A stretch of 62,378 bases of DNA, filler included, from Gonapodya sp. JEL0774 (GCA_027604505.1; 29 parts of 29 records of this genome joined end to end with filler, not necessarily neighbours in it), one strand, 5' to 3'. Counted from the whole stretch's first letter, positions 38,854 through 50,802 are shown. Numbers and translations: made by a program. Notes: a model not told the origin generated them from the letters alone.

Positions 38854-40874
38854 TTATTGATGGGTATGCATTGAAGCACGCCCTGGAACCGAAAACGAAA
38901 GGCATGCTACTTGAGCTAGCGTGCAGATGTGCTGCGGTTGTGTGCTGCCGAGTCAGCCCACTTCAGAAAGCGGAAGTCGTGCGATTGGTGAAAGACAACA
39001 AGGGTGTTATGTGCTTGGCGATCGGGGATGGTGCTAACGATGTTTCGATGATTCAGGTTAGTATGCGAACTTGACCACAAACGTATTTGAACCTTCAATA
39101 AATGGCTCGTATAACACCTAGGCTGCGCAAGTGGGTGTCGGCATCTCGGGTCAAGAGGGTCTACAAGCCGTCATGTCCAGCGACTACGCGATCGCTCAAT
39201 TTCGATATCTCACCCGCTTACTACTCATTCATGGTCGGTGGAATTACTGGAGAACCGCGGAGATGATTTTCAACTTTTTCTATAAGGTAAATCGTGTGGA
39301 TTCCCTGATTTTTCCTGATTCCCCTTCATCGTGAATGCCTGTGTCATCCCGACAAAATCCGTAGAATATAATATGGACCTTACCTACGTTTTGGTTCCAA
39401 ATTTTTTGCGCATACTCAAGCGGGATAAATATCGAGTACACGTATTTGTGAGTGAGAGGCGCAAAACGAGGTGCATCGATGTACTGATTCAGACAATTGT
39501 AACTTACCAATAACCGTCTCTCCAGAATGTTTTATCAGACATTATTCACCGCTCTATCCCCGATAGCGGTCGGTGTCTTTGACAAGGACATTGACTCGGA
39601 CTACTCCTTAGCTGTTCCACAGATCTATGGAACTGGCATTCGTAACGAGGTGTACACGAATATGCGCTTTCTTCTATACTGCTTGCAAGGTCTATATCAA
39701 TCTGTTGTCGTTTTTTTTGTGCCTCTGTTCGTGTATGATGAGGGTCCAGATGACCCACGAGGGTTTGTTGCAGATGGATTTTTGGTTGGAGCTTGTATCG
39801 CCATTACGGCGGTCGTCAATGCGAATGCATACATGCTCTACGGGTGTCATACATGGTAGGGTTTGCGGTGGATTTCCCTGGATTTTGCCACTGAGCTCAC
39901 AGTAGTTAACAACGCATTCCAGGACTGCTTTCATTCATGTAGTGTTTCTCCTGCACATTGGCGTCGTCTACGTGTATGCTGGCGTATTCTCTTTGGATCC
40001 GAACTCTCAAACCTACGGTGCTTATGAACTCGGTTACGGTGCACCGAAATTCTGGCTCACTGCAGTAGTTTGCACGGTCCTCTGTCAACTCCCGAGAGTG
40101 ATTTACCTCTACGTGATGAGGAATTATTTTCCAACAGACGTGAACATTGTTGCAGAAATGCAAAAATTTGGAATCCCTGCAGATGTGGTTGGTGGAGTCG
40201 AACGGTCTGGGACAAAGCGATCAGTGTGGGATTTGGCTGCTGACACAACTAATGGTGCCGACATCATGAGCGACCAACCATTAGGCACACCCCTGGACAT
40301 TGACGTTTTGCGACGACAAGCGTCAGTATCTTCACGGCAAGATCCGTTATCGGTGTCATTCGTGCGTCCTTCCTCCGACCTCTCACCAAGACCTCTGACA
40401 ACGGAAGCTTCAATAACTCCCCCGTCTGTACTCGCCCCGACTCCTCGTCGCATTCGTGATATGAGAACAGACGAAGGGTACTTGGATGATCGGGGGTTTT
40501 GCTTCGCGCAAGATAGGGGCACCACCACCATCATTATGGGAACGCCAACTCGTCTTCAACCAGGCATACTGCCCAAAGAAGTGGCAGAAGATGACGAAGG
40601 TGGAATGCCGGCAAAGGAGAGAAGGAAGAGCCGCCATAGGCGTCATCGTAGCCATCATCAGAAACAATCTTCGGACCGGAGTACTCATCCAAGCCGCTCA
40701 GGTGGTGAGGAAATGGATTCCCGACGCGCTGGTATAGCGGCCGATACATCCGAAGACGGTGAACCGAGGAGCATGGTACCAGTCTTGAAAGCCGCACCTT
40801 TGTCGAAGCTGAGCGCCAGAGGCAAGTCGTCCGGAGTGGCTAGAACGACGGGAGACTTGCTGGACATGAGCTAA
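38854..40874 (+). CDS. P4-type ATPase (phospholipid flippase, DNF/DRS2 family), 3' part
   Basis: [76 protein letters not shown], and C-terminal 'GFCFAQ'. Confidence 0.96.
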
Positions 40875-41010
40875 GTCAGATTCATGAAGCAATACGATCA
40901 CTANNNNNNNNNNNNNNNNNNNNNNNNNNNNNNNNNNNNNNNNNNNNTTAATTAATTAANNNNNNNNNNNNNNNNNNNNNNNNNNNNNNNNNNNNNNNNN
41001 NNNTTGTTTC

Positions 41011-41296
41011 AGGGGGAGTGTTGAGATATGGGAGGTTTTGACATTTCGGACGGCTCTAGGGTCACGGGGAGTTGGAATTTTGGAATATTTAATGGAGCGA
41101 AATTACTCGCCGTAAAATTCTCTACAAGTTTGTCCTTTACAGTTTTGTTCTAGCGTTATTGGTTAGTGAGCTATACTAGGGAACGTGGGTAACTTGGTGC
41201 ACAGACATTGGAGGACGGTGCTATGATCGTCGGATAAAGTAGATTAAGCTTTCTCTGTACGGTGTGTTCGATTAAGTGAATTGTAACCGCTCAACA
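41011..41296 (+). mobile_element. Polypurine tract plus complete 3' LTR (41019-41296, 278 bp) of an LTR retrotransposon inserted into the Copia integrase
   Basis: PPT AGGGGGAG immediately before TGTTGAG...; the segment ends ...CTCAACA, a perfect 7-bp terminal inverted repeat. Confidence 0.88.
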
Positions 41297-43050
41297 GACT
41301 TTGCTCTCAAAGTTTCAATATGAATAGTTGAAGTTCCTTCATCAATAAGAAGCAGAATGTATCTTTCTCTGTGAAGTCCTTCCACACGGGCTGGACCCCA
41401 TATATCAAGATGGACCCTTGCACCAGGTTCAGTCTCCTTTTCTCTTGGTTTGCTGTTGAATGGGAGTCTAGCAGCTTTTGAAATGTTGCACCCAAGGCAG
41501 TTAAGTGGCTCATCAACATCCTGTCGAGAAATATTGGGCAGCCTGTTATCCTTCACAATGTTGATAAGATCTCTGTCCCCAACATGTGCAAGTTTTAAAT
41601 GTCCCAATGCATGGTTCATCACATGTTTAGATATAGCATCCACAGCATGTGCTTTAACCTCATTCTCCACAGGGTAAACAATTGTAATTGGGAGATCATA
41701 TAAAGTCTTTCCCTTTGCATAGCCTCGGCAAATCTCATTTCCTGACTGATCATAAACCACACAAGTGCTTGAAAATTTTGGGAAACATATTTCAAGGCCC
41801 AGGGCCTGCAAGGCTGCTGTAGATAGCAAGGTGCTTCTGATGTTCTTGTCAAATATAACATTTGGTATCTTCACATCTGTGGTTGTATTACTGGACTGAA
41901 ACCTGACAATCAGAGTTCCAAGACCTGTTGCCATTGAATTGGCTCCCTGGGCAGCTAAGGAGAGACTTATTTGCTGCTTTGAGAAGTTCACAAGTGCTTC
42001 CCCTACTGGGGTAATACAGTCTGTAGCAGCTGAATCTATCAACACTCTATGCTTGGGATTTGAAACTGTGAAACACACTGGAGATAAAGCAGATTGAGGC
42101 TGGGGTACTTCAGACAGTACAGCAAAAGAGACTGCTTCTTGGCTCTCTGGCACAGGGTAAGCTTCATCTTCAGTTATATTGACTTCTCTGCTATCATTCT
42201 GAACATTGTAAACTCCACCGCGTCCTCTTCCTCTACCAGCACCTCTTTGATGGGTAAATGCTCCACGTTGAAATCTGCCATTCACACTTTGGCCACCTCG
42301 CATGCTTGCAACTCCTTGTGATAAGTTCTCCATATTTGCATCATATCGATACCAACACTTGGATGCAGAATGACCACTTTTTCCACACACAAAACATGGA
42401 CCCTGGGGCTTTCTGCTTCGATCTTCATTCCTCTTCTGTTTCATGACCGCATTTGCTGAAACACTTATGTCCCCTCGCAGCTCAGCACTCTCCAGCTGGC
42501 TTATTATATCATTAACATTTGCAGACGAAGATTGCATAGAGTAATGAGCATAAATCATTGGTGCTCTCTCTCTGATTGCTTTCAGAAGATACGTAACTTG
42601 TTCAATATTACTGAGTGGTGTACCAGTCTGTTCAATTGCAAGTACTGCTGCCAGGAAAGAATTGCTGAGCTCTTCCACAGTGCCATTAAACTGGACTTTG
42701 ATAAGGGCTTCTATAAGAGCCACACGGTCTCCAGGCGTAGATTCACCGTATTGTTTCTTCAAAGTCCTCCACATCTCGGCAGCTGTAGAACATTTCACAA
42801 TTAAATTGAAAGCTGTTCCTTTCACTGAGCTTATAAGTGCATTTTGAATGAGACCATCCAATTTCTGCCAAGCTTTCTTATCTTCAGGTGGTGTCTCAGG
42901 ACAGGGCAATGTCCCATCAACATGGCCTAGAGCTTCATCCACACTTCTGAAAATGACAGTAGCCTTCCCAGACCATTCAAAATAAGTCTTCTTTGACTCT
43001 AAAGTTCCAACTGATTTTGCAAAAATATCAGGTCTCAGAGTTTCTGCCAT
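41297..43050 (-). mobile_element. Ty1/Copia gag-pol (gag, CCHC knuckle, protease, GAG-pre-integrase, integrase start), interrupted
   Basis: CFVCGKSGHSASKC, LIDSAAT, H..LAH / C..C..SK..RLPF, VHLDIWGP, YILLLIDE. Confidence 0.95.
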
Positions 43051-43319
43051 TGNNNNNNNNNNNNNNNNNNNNNNNNNNNNNNNNNNNNNNNNNNNNTTAA
43101 TTAATTAANNNNNNNNNNNNNNNNNNNNNNNNNNNNNNNNNNNNNNNNNNNNACTTCTCTCTCACATCAGTGACCATAAGTCACCCTGTCTGTATCATCA
43201 TTGATGGCTGAGGGTGATGATGTCCTCCTCGCATATGCACTCTTCCTGGTCATCCTGTCAGCTGTCATCGCTATTCTACCCTGACAAGCTCAGAGGGGGG
43301 AACACCAGTGGATCTGGCC

Positions 43320-44340
43320 ATCAGAACACGCTCTGTATGGACAGATCAAATCTTGAATGGGAATCCCCATCACACAGTGGACAACCTCTGGATGACCCCT
43401 CTGTGTTTTGCAAGCTTGTGGATTGCCTCTGGAAGCCATGTGGTGGCCTCTGCCGTCTCAAAAACAGACACTCTGTGTACGTGGAGAAACAGGTTGCAAT
43501 GGTCCTCTATTGGATTGGGCAGCACTTGGTGTCTCGTAAGCAGGCCTCCCAGTTTGAAGTTTCTACAGGAACAACCTGCAAATACATTACACAAAATTTT
43601 TGAACACCTTTACACTCTTACTCCTGAGATGATCTCCCTTCTGAAGCAGGTTGTACCAGATCACCCCCACATTAGGGAGGGAGATGGGGGGATATACCTG
43701 GAGCTTGCAGGTTGTCTAGGGGCACTTGACGGGGCTCACATACCAATTAAAGTACCAGAGGCAGCAGCAGGTCCACAGGGTTCAACAAAGAATGGACTAA
43801 CACAGAATGTGCTTGGTCCTGTGGACTTTGACGGATGTTTTCTGTATGTGCAGGACAGATGCGAGGGATCTGCACATGACTGGGATCATCTACCAAAGTG
43901 GGAGAGCACATGGATTTCAGTGCACATCAGATAAATTCTATTTAGGCCATGCTGTTTTTGATTGTTATGACCCCATATAGCAGTGTCCAATATGACCTGA
44001 AGGAATGGGGAGATGGGGAGATGGTGACTTCGTGTAAGTCCTCGCATACAGTCAGCATAATTGGTGTAATTCCTGACTTTTGTTCTTTACGTTCAAGCCC
44101 CAAAATGCCAGGGAACTATTCAACCATCGCCATTCTCCTCTTTGGAACCTTGTTGAGCATATGTTTGGTGTCCTCAAGAAGCGATTCCCCATTCTCAATG
44201 TGGGGACCGAGTACAATATTGCAACACAGGTGAAGATTGTGGTGGCGTGCTGCATTCTCCAGAGCTTCATTTCTGATGCTGGTGAATGGATGGACAGGAT
44301 GGAACAGGAGTATGACGGTGCGGAGGAAGAGCTGATAAAC
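43320..44340 (+). mobile_element. Degenerate PIF/Harbinger transposase
   Basis: CLGALDGAHIPI, TQNVLG.VDFDGCFLYV, EGSAHD, YDLKEW, PQNARELFNHRHS..NLVEHMFGVLKKRFPIL, IVVACCIL; frameshifts and stops. Confidence 0.9.
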
Positions 44341-44552
44341 TTATTTTCCATGATAGCTAGCCTGACTTTCATCGGCTTGGTCCAAAACATAATCGATCTA
44401 GACTCTAGTTCCCACATTTTCCACACACAACTACAAAAGCCTGTTCTCCTAATATTTTTTAGATTAAGAGTTTCTTTGTGCTCTGATGTGACTTCATCTC
44501 CCCAAAACAGTCCATCACATTTCAGCACTGAAGCAGACTGCTCTGTTAAAAC

Positions 44553-45125
44553 CTACTCATTCAAGTGGCCATGGTCATTCCAACTAGCTTCTTCACCATT
44601 TCCCACATCTCCATACTGAAGAGCACCTTGTTGAGGAATAGGTGGAGCAGGAGGGCGCTGGAAAGACTGCTGTTGCTGGTAGTTGTTCCTGGCAAGTTGT
44701 CTGGCAGCCTTTGCATGCTCCCCAACCATAGTGATGCAGGCCTCCTTATTCTTGAATGTGGTATGCGACATTGCCACCCTGTTGTTCTCAGAGAGCATAG
44801 ACAGGTAGGCGAGGTCTGCCGGATCCCATCTGTCCTCCTCCACAAGTTCCAGAGCGCACTTGTATGGGGTGGGGATTCTGGCTTGCTTCTGCTGCATGTG
44901 TTCTTCAGCAAACCTGACAAAGGCTTGGGATGCGCTTTCCACAGAAGACGCACGATTCTTGTAGGTGTTGAGTGCGTTGGCGACCTTGCGTTTTTTGCTG
45001 TGCTGAATTCCGACGGAATGTGGTGTTGACGCCTATGCTTGTGGCATTGGATTTGCGACAACAGTGCCTTATCATTGGCACAGGAAGCTGTTGTGCGTCA
45101 GAAGCGGGAGTGCCCAGATGGAGTT
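44553..45125 (-). CDS. Convergent second ORF of the Harbinger element (probable C-terminal part of the Myb/SANT partner protein)
   Basis: Position and orientation match the two-gene PIF/Harbinger layout; the Myb domain itself is not visible in the fragment. Confidence 0.45.
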
Positions 45126-45301
45126 CATGCTATGACGAATATTCGAAATATTCGTATTCGATTCGATATTCGACGAATAAAATACGATTACGAATACTGA
45201 TNNNNNNNNNNNNNNNNNNNNNNNNNNNNNNNNNNNNNNNNNNNNTTAATTAATTAANNNNNNNNNNNNNNNNNNNNNNNNNNNNNNNNNNNNNNNNNNN
45301 N

Positions 45302-47349
45302 CCTGGGGCAAACGAAGGGCTGCTACAGACAGCATTCTCGATTCAGGTCTTTCAGTGGCTGGGCTACCGCTTCAAACACCAAAAGATGGTTCTTCTTCCA
45401 GTGACCAAGATCGACTTTGTTGGATTCGAGTGGGACTATGTCAAGATGGAAATTCGCATTCCGAAAGAAAAAATGCGAAAGTTACGGCAGATGCTACGGA
45501 GCTTACTGCGAAACCCGACGCTCACAGCACGTCAGATAGCCCGAGTAGCTGGGACAGTGATCTCAATGAAGGAGGGCTTACAGCAATCACTTTTGCTGGC
45601 CCGACCACTTCTTCGGTCTCTCCGGGACGCTCTCCGCAACCAGACGGACTGGGATCAGCAGATCCAGATATCTGCAGAGACACGCCAGACAGTCGAACAG
45701 ATGATGCCGCAGCTGGAGAACCACAACGGCATCTCATACTTAACCCCAACAATCGATGCCATCCTGAAAACAGACGCATCACAACTTGGATGGGGAGCAC
45801 ACCTCCACCACATCTTCGAGACCGGACAGCCGATGGTGAGGACCATCGACGGTGGCGCATGGTCCGCGAGTCACCTTCACGATTACCTCCACAAGTTCTT
45901 CTCATTGGAGACAATCAACAGCTGGTTCAAGAGCAAACAGGACCTGACGACATTCATTCACATACAGGTCTTAGAGTGCATCGCAGTGTTCAGTGGTCTG
46001 AAGAGATTCAACACCGGCAACAAACTAAAACAGAAGACGCTCTTGATACTGTCCGACAACATAGCGACAGTATACTACGTGGCTCGCCAAGGCGGAACCA
46101 AGACCGACACCCTCTCCCTGGTAGCAGAAGGGGTGATCAAATACGCGAAAATACACGACATTCGCCTCTTCATCGAGCACATCCCAGGAGCGATCAACGA
46201 CGCAGACTTCGAGAGTCGCCGCAGATGGGACGCACACGACTGGATGCTGAACAAGACGATCTTCCAGACAATCAATCAGCTATGGGGACCACACGACCTG
46301 GACGCATTTGCGACACGGTCGAACACGCAGTTGCCCCGGTTCTGGGCTTGGACACATGGCGAACCTGGAGCAGAAGCAATCGACGCCATGGCGCAAGTAT
46401 GGACGGGGATCAACTTGTTCATCAACCCACCGTGGGCCTTGATTCCGGGAATCCTCACCAAGATTATTCGGGAACGAGCAACAGTGACACTTGTCACACC
46501 AAACTGGCCGACACGACCGTGGTTTCCCACGCTACTGGAACTCCTCGCAGATCTCCCCGTTCTTCTGGACGAGGAACCTTTGCTAGAACCTCGGATCACA
46601 TACCACTCGTCCCCGCCCGACTCCGCACGTCTGATCGCGGTTCGATTATCCGGGCTCGGTTCGAGGCATCAGGAGTTGACAAAGAAGACGCAGCTATTCT
46701 TGCAAGCGCAGGACGAGTCCGCACAACTCAACAAAAAGATGGACGGTTCCGACATTTTGTGGATTGGTGCAAGTCAAGGGACATCGATCCCTTTGAGACA
46801 CCTGTCAGGTGTATTGTGAAGTTCATTCTGCACCGTCTTCGCACAAATGAAATCAATGGTGTCACGGCTGGCAAGTACATTCACGTAATTGCCGAGACGC
46901 TTGGACATGCAGAAGATGGTCGCATACTGCAGAATCACCCTGTGATAGTAGCCCTGAAAGAGAAGAGCAAGGCAATCAACCCAGCACCCGCGCGACCAGT
47001 AGAGATACACTTACCAGCATGTCAGCCGGTTCGGAACATCCTGGAGACTCGAACGGATCTATTGTCGCTGAATCTAGCTGCGCTACAGCTGGTCTTCATT
47101 CTGTGCTGCATTACATACTGGTTCAGACGTCCAGCGGACATAGCCGCCATTCAAGACATAGGAACCACAGTCACTGCAAAATCAGTGCACGTCCGCTTCT
47201 CTTATCTTAAGAAGCAAGGTTCGAATGCCATCAAAGAATATGATCGACTTTCCACAACAAAGTTTGACATCGGCGCGGTGATACTGGAGCTCAAACGCAG
47301 GAAAACCCTTTCTGAAGCGCGGGACCTGCCTGGACTCCTTCGAGGACTT
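45302..47349 (+). mobile_element. Apparently intact DIRS-type retrotransposon segment: RT end, RNase H and N6-adenine MTase (ORF to 46819) plus an overlapping tyrosine-recombinase ORF
   Basis: 'IDFVGFEWD', KTDASQLGWGA, HIQVLE, ILSDN, EHIPGAINDADFESR, DLDAFATRSN.QLPRF, FINPPW, LVTPNWPTRPWF; the YR frame has 'FRHFVDWC...' and 'WFRRPADI'. Confidence 0.93.
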
Positions 47350-47659
47350 NNNNNNNNNNNNNNNNNNNNNNNNNNNNNNNNNNNNNNNNNNNNTTAATTA
47401 ATTAANNNNNNNNNNNNNNNNNNNNNNNNNNNNNNNNNNNNNNNNNNNNAAGGCATGAGAGTACAGACAGACAGTCAGCAGGCGTCGGAAGTGTACTTTG
47501 CAGTGCATGGCAGCTCATGTAATAGCTGCGCTGCAGAGCTTTTGCAGCCAGGGGTTTTCGCAGTCGATGGAGCAGAAGTCCTTAATCCGGACCCCTGAGT
47601 CAGAGCAGCAAGATTTTAACACCCTCAACCTTCTCGCCCTCTTGATTCCCAACCACAAG

Positions 47660-48442
47660 TGCTTTGCCTCGCTGCCCGACGGCAGTGGAGGCGGCGGCAG
47701 ACCTCGCTACGACAATGGTGCAGGCAACTACAACCGCGGCGGTGGTGGAGATGGCGGTTATGACGCACCACGTGACCGTGGCCGGTATGCAGGTTCGGAG
47801 AGGTACGATGGTCTACGTGGTGGCGATGCAGGGCTGGGGGATATCAGGGGTTCTGGGTACGTATATTCGACGATTCTTGGAGAGCACTCAGTTCATTTTA
47901 CGTGGATCAGTCGTGCTCACTATTGCAATACAAATCACAGAACTTACCTCCGCTCTCCATCTCGAGAGCGACGTCGCCGTGAATACGCTGCTGGCGGATA
48001 CCGCGGTGCTGAGCGGGATTACGGTACCGATGCCGCAAGCGGTGGTTTAGGAAGGATCAACTACGCATCAGACCGGGCGGTTGATGAAAGGAGAGAGGAG
48101 AAGCGGGACAGGCACGGTGCTACTGAAAGGTACAATCCGTACCCCCCTCGTGGCGGGGACAGGGACAGGGATGGCGAGAGGGACTACGGCAAGTCAAGGG
48201 CAGGAAGTGGAGGTGGTGGAAGAGATTATGACAGGCTCAGAGACGACTCTGGTCCCCGCGATCGAGACCGTGAGAGGGGCGGCTCGGCTTCCGGTGCATA
48301 CGATAGTGGTCGTGGCAAGTACGGAGACGGGCTGGAGAGAAGCAGCGGAGGAAGATACGATTCCGGCTCTTTGGGAGACAGGAGGGTGGCACCGGCAGCA
48401 GGCGTTTATGACAAGTATGACAGGGACGGGAGGGGGAGGTAG
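47660..48442 (+). CDS. RG/RD/GY-rich C-terminal region, probably of an RNA-binding protein
   Basis: Low-complexity RGGD/YD/RDRDR and RSPSR composition; probable intron at ~47857-47940. Confidence 0.5.
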   Translation, partial: CFASLPDGSGGGGRPRYDNGAGNYNRGGGGDGGYDAPRDRGRYAGSERYDGLRGGDAGLGDIRGSGYVYSTILGEHSVHFTWISRAHYCNTNHRTYLRSPSRERRRREYAAGGYRGAERDYGTDAASGGLGRINYASDRAVDERREEKRDRHGATERYNPYPPRGGDRDRDGERDYGKSRAGSGGGGRDYDRLRDDSGPRDRDRERGGSASGAYDSGRGKYGDGLERSSGGRYDSGSLGDRRVAPAAGVYDKYDRDGRGR

Positions 48443-48684
48443 AAATTGGTCAGAGATCAACCGGCGCTCGCCGGTTACATAATGGAGGGGACACAGGAAA
48501 CTTTTTACTGTAATACAATGCGATACTGTGAGAATACAGAACTTTTTTTTTGCCACATGATATTGATTTGCAAAGTAGTGCGGTGCGAGTAAACGTAATG
48601 TGATTCAAAAGCAAAATAAGGGGTATGTACGCATATTTCATATAATGCAGACGCTGTGAAAGCCATTGCTGCCCATTTCCATCT

Positions 48685-49287
48685 TTATAGCCTCCTTTTC
48701 GTACCGACAATCAATTTTGGGGCCTGCCTCATCCAACCGTCGTCATCGTCAGCACGCAAGTTTGCCTCACTCTCATCCGCACCCGTGGTTGTCGGTTCTT
48801 CAGCAGGTGCTGACGTCTGGGCATCGAGGGTTGCCTCACCCTCCTCATCATCTTCCTCCTCGTCCTCCTCGCCTTGACTCGCACCCGACTCGACGACGAC
48901 CGGCCTCGCTCCCCCACGAAGAGCACCTCCTTTCCTTGCCGGCTTTGTCGGAACTCGCTTCAATGCCGTAGGTCTTTTGCGTGTGGAGTGGCCCGAAACA
49001 AGATACGGCGGTTGGGCATCGGACGAGGTGGTCGGTACTGCTGCCACAGTGGATCGCTCCTCGCCATCTTCGTCCATCGCATCCATTACCTCGCCACCAC
49101 CTTCTGCTTCTTCTTCTCCACCCTCAGCAGCAGTACCGGTCTCCACCTCACCCTTCGCCGCTGCCTTGGCCGCCGCATCATCCACTGCTTTCTGCTTGTG
49201 CTTCTCCGACTCTTTTAACAATTTTTGAAGGTATTCGTCCAGCTCGGGTGTAGCGACAGCCGTCGAAGAAAGGTCCTCGAGCGTCAT
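48685..49287 (-). CDS. Acidic, largely disordered 200-aa hypothetical protein
   Basis: Complete ATG-to-stop ORF with plausible composition; no recognised family. Confidence 0.55.
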   Translation of the reverse strand: MTLEDLSSTAVATPELDEYLQKLLKESEKHKQKAVDDAAAKAAAKGEVETGTAAEGGEEEAEGGGEVMDAMDEDGEERSTVAAVPTTSSDAQPPYLVSGHSTRKRPTALKRVPTKPARKGGALRGGARPVVVESGASQGEEDEEEDDEEGEATLDAQTSAPAEEPTTTGADESEANLRADDDDGWMRQAPKLIVGTKRRL

Positions 49288-49597
49288 GTTGCGTCGGAGT
49301 GCAAAGAGGGAAGGGTCTGCCCGCGTGGACCGCCGGGAGTGAACGCAGCGTCACGCCGTCATCGCGGTGATCGATCAATCGCATCACCAACTTCAACCTT
49401 TCAACGCAAACTACTCACCAAATTTCCTTCTTTGCATGATCGCTCGGTCCACTCTCGCCTTGTTCTCCCTCTCTTCTCTCGAAAACTTGAGCTTCAGNNN
49501 NNNNNNNNNNNNNNNNNNNNNNNNNNNNNNNNNNNNNNNNNTTAATTAATTAANNNNNNNNNNNNNNNNNNNNNNNNNNNNNNNNNNNNNNNNNNNN

Positions 49598-50025
49598 CTG
49601 AAACTTTTCGAAATCTCATCCGGGATGGGGATGAGGGATGAGGATGGGATTCAACATTCTGAAACTTTTCGAAAGCAAATTCGGGATGGGGATGGGGATG
49701 GGGATGAGGATGGGATCAGAGATTCCAAGCCTTTTCGAAATCCTGATCCGGGATGGGGATGGGGATGAGGATGGGATCTGAGATTCTGAAACTTTTCGAA
49801 ATCTTCATCCGGGATGGGGATGAGGGATCAGGATGGGATCAGAGATTCTGAAACTTTTCGAAAACCAATCCGGGATGGGGATGAAGGATGAGGATGGGAT
49901 TCAACATTCTGAAACTTTTCGAAATCCTCATCCGGGATGGGGATGAAGGATGAGGATGGGATTCAACATTCTGAAACTTTTCGAAATCCTCATCCGGGAT
50001 GGGGATGAGGATGAGAACGCGCCTA
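49598..50025. repeat. ~62-bp tandem repeat (7 copies) ending in a hAT-like terminus
   Basis: Unit ctgaaacttttcgaaatcctcatccgggatggggatgag(g)gatgaggatgggattcaacatt; the array ends ...gaacgcgccta, which reads TAGGCG.. on the minus strand. Confidence 0.85.
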
Positions 50026-50121
50026 GACACATCATTGATCGTTCTGCTGTATTCTCGACAGTTTGAAACGGACGCTTCCACCGTTTTTTGATCAGCGAGT
50101 TCTGACCCTTGACTACACTTG

Positions 50122-50736
50122 TTACTCATACTCGGGGGCTCCGCGGAGCCTTTTCGCCAGATGCATGTCCTTCTGCATGATTGTGACTCTCTTGGCGTGA
50201 ATAGCGCAAAGGTTGCTTTATAGAGAGGAAGTGTGTATGACCGGTACCGCGCGAATGATGAAAAAAAAACATCACTGACGAGTCTTCAAAGAGGCCAACG
50301 AGAAACGCTTCCGCCGCCTCTGGTACTGCTTGTATAGCTCGTGCTTCCCATCGTATTGTAAAATCGTGCTGCACGAAATGTGCCGCCACGAAATCTTGTG
50401 TGATTTCCTTCACCTGCGATAGAAGGTTGAAGAAGTGAAGTGAAGAAATGCGATTGAGAGACATACGAGGCGGGCGAATGGGCCTTTTCGAAGAAGGAGA
50501 TCCGTTGACCTTTGGTAGTGGCGAATCTCCTTGATGGCAAGCGTTCCCGGTCTGTACCGATGCCGTCTTCCGTGCCCTTCGTGAGTTGTGTTTCTCTATG
50601 AGCGCCATGAGCTCGATATCGAAGATGAAGGTATTCTACCTGCAGGTGCTTTCGTTCCTTTCTTCTTTCCTTTTTCATCTCTTCCCGAGTATCGCCTGAC
50701 TGTTCTCTTTGCTCTCGGCGATCCTGTTGGCTGCAT
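50122..50736 (-). CDS. CSE4: Centromeric histone H3 variant (CenH3/CENP-A), 4 predicted exons
   Basis: Spliced: ...[109 protein letters not shown]. CenH3 hallmarks are present: Q68 to A, F84 to W, T107 to S, extended loop 1, unrelated N-tail. Confidence 0.88.
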
Positions 50737-50802
50737 CGTCGCGTATTGAAGATTTTTTTTTTGTTCGTTTTTGGAGTGATTGCGCAAGCGAGTGAACTGT
50801 GG

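Noticed and set aside
41272..41296. A natural C-terminus and stop for the Copia ORF
   Set aside because: These codons come from the inserted LTR, not from the element's own ORF.
49598..50129. CRISPR-like array, or the 96-aa ORF 49839-50129
   Set aside because: There are no variable spacers, and the ORF is just the repeat read through.
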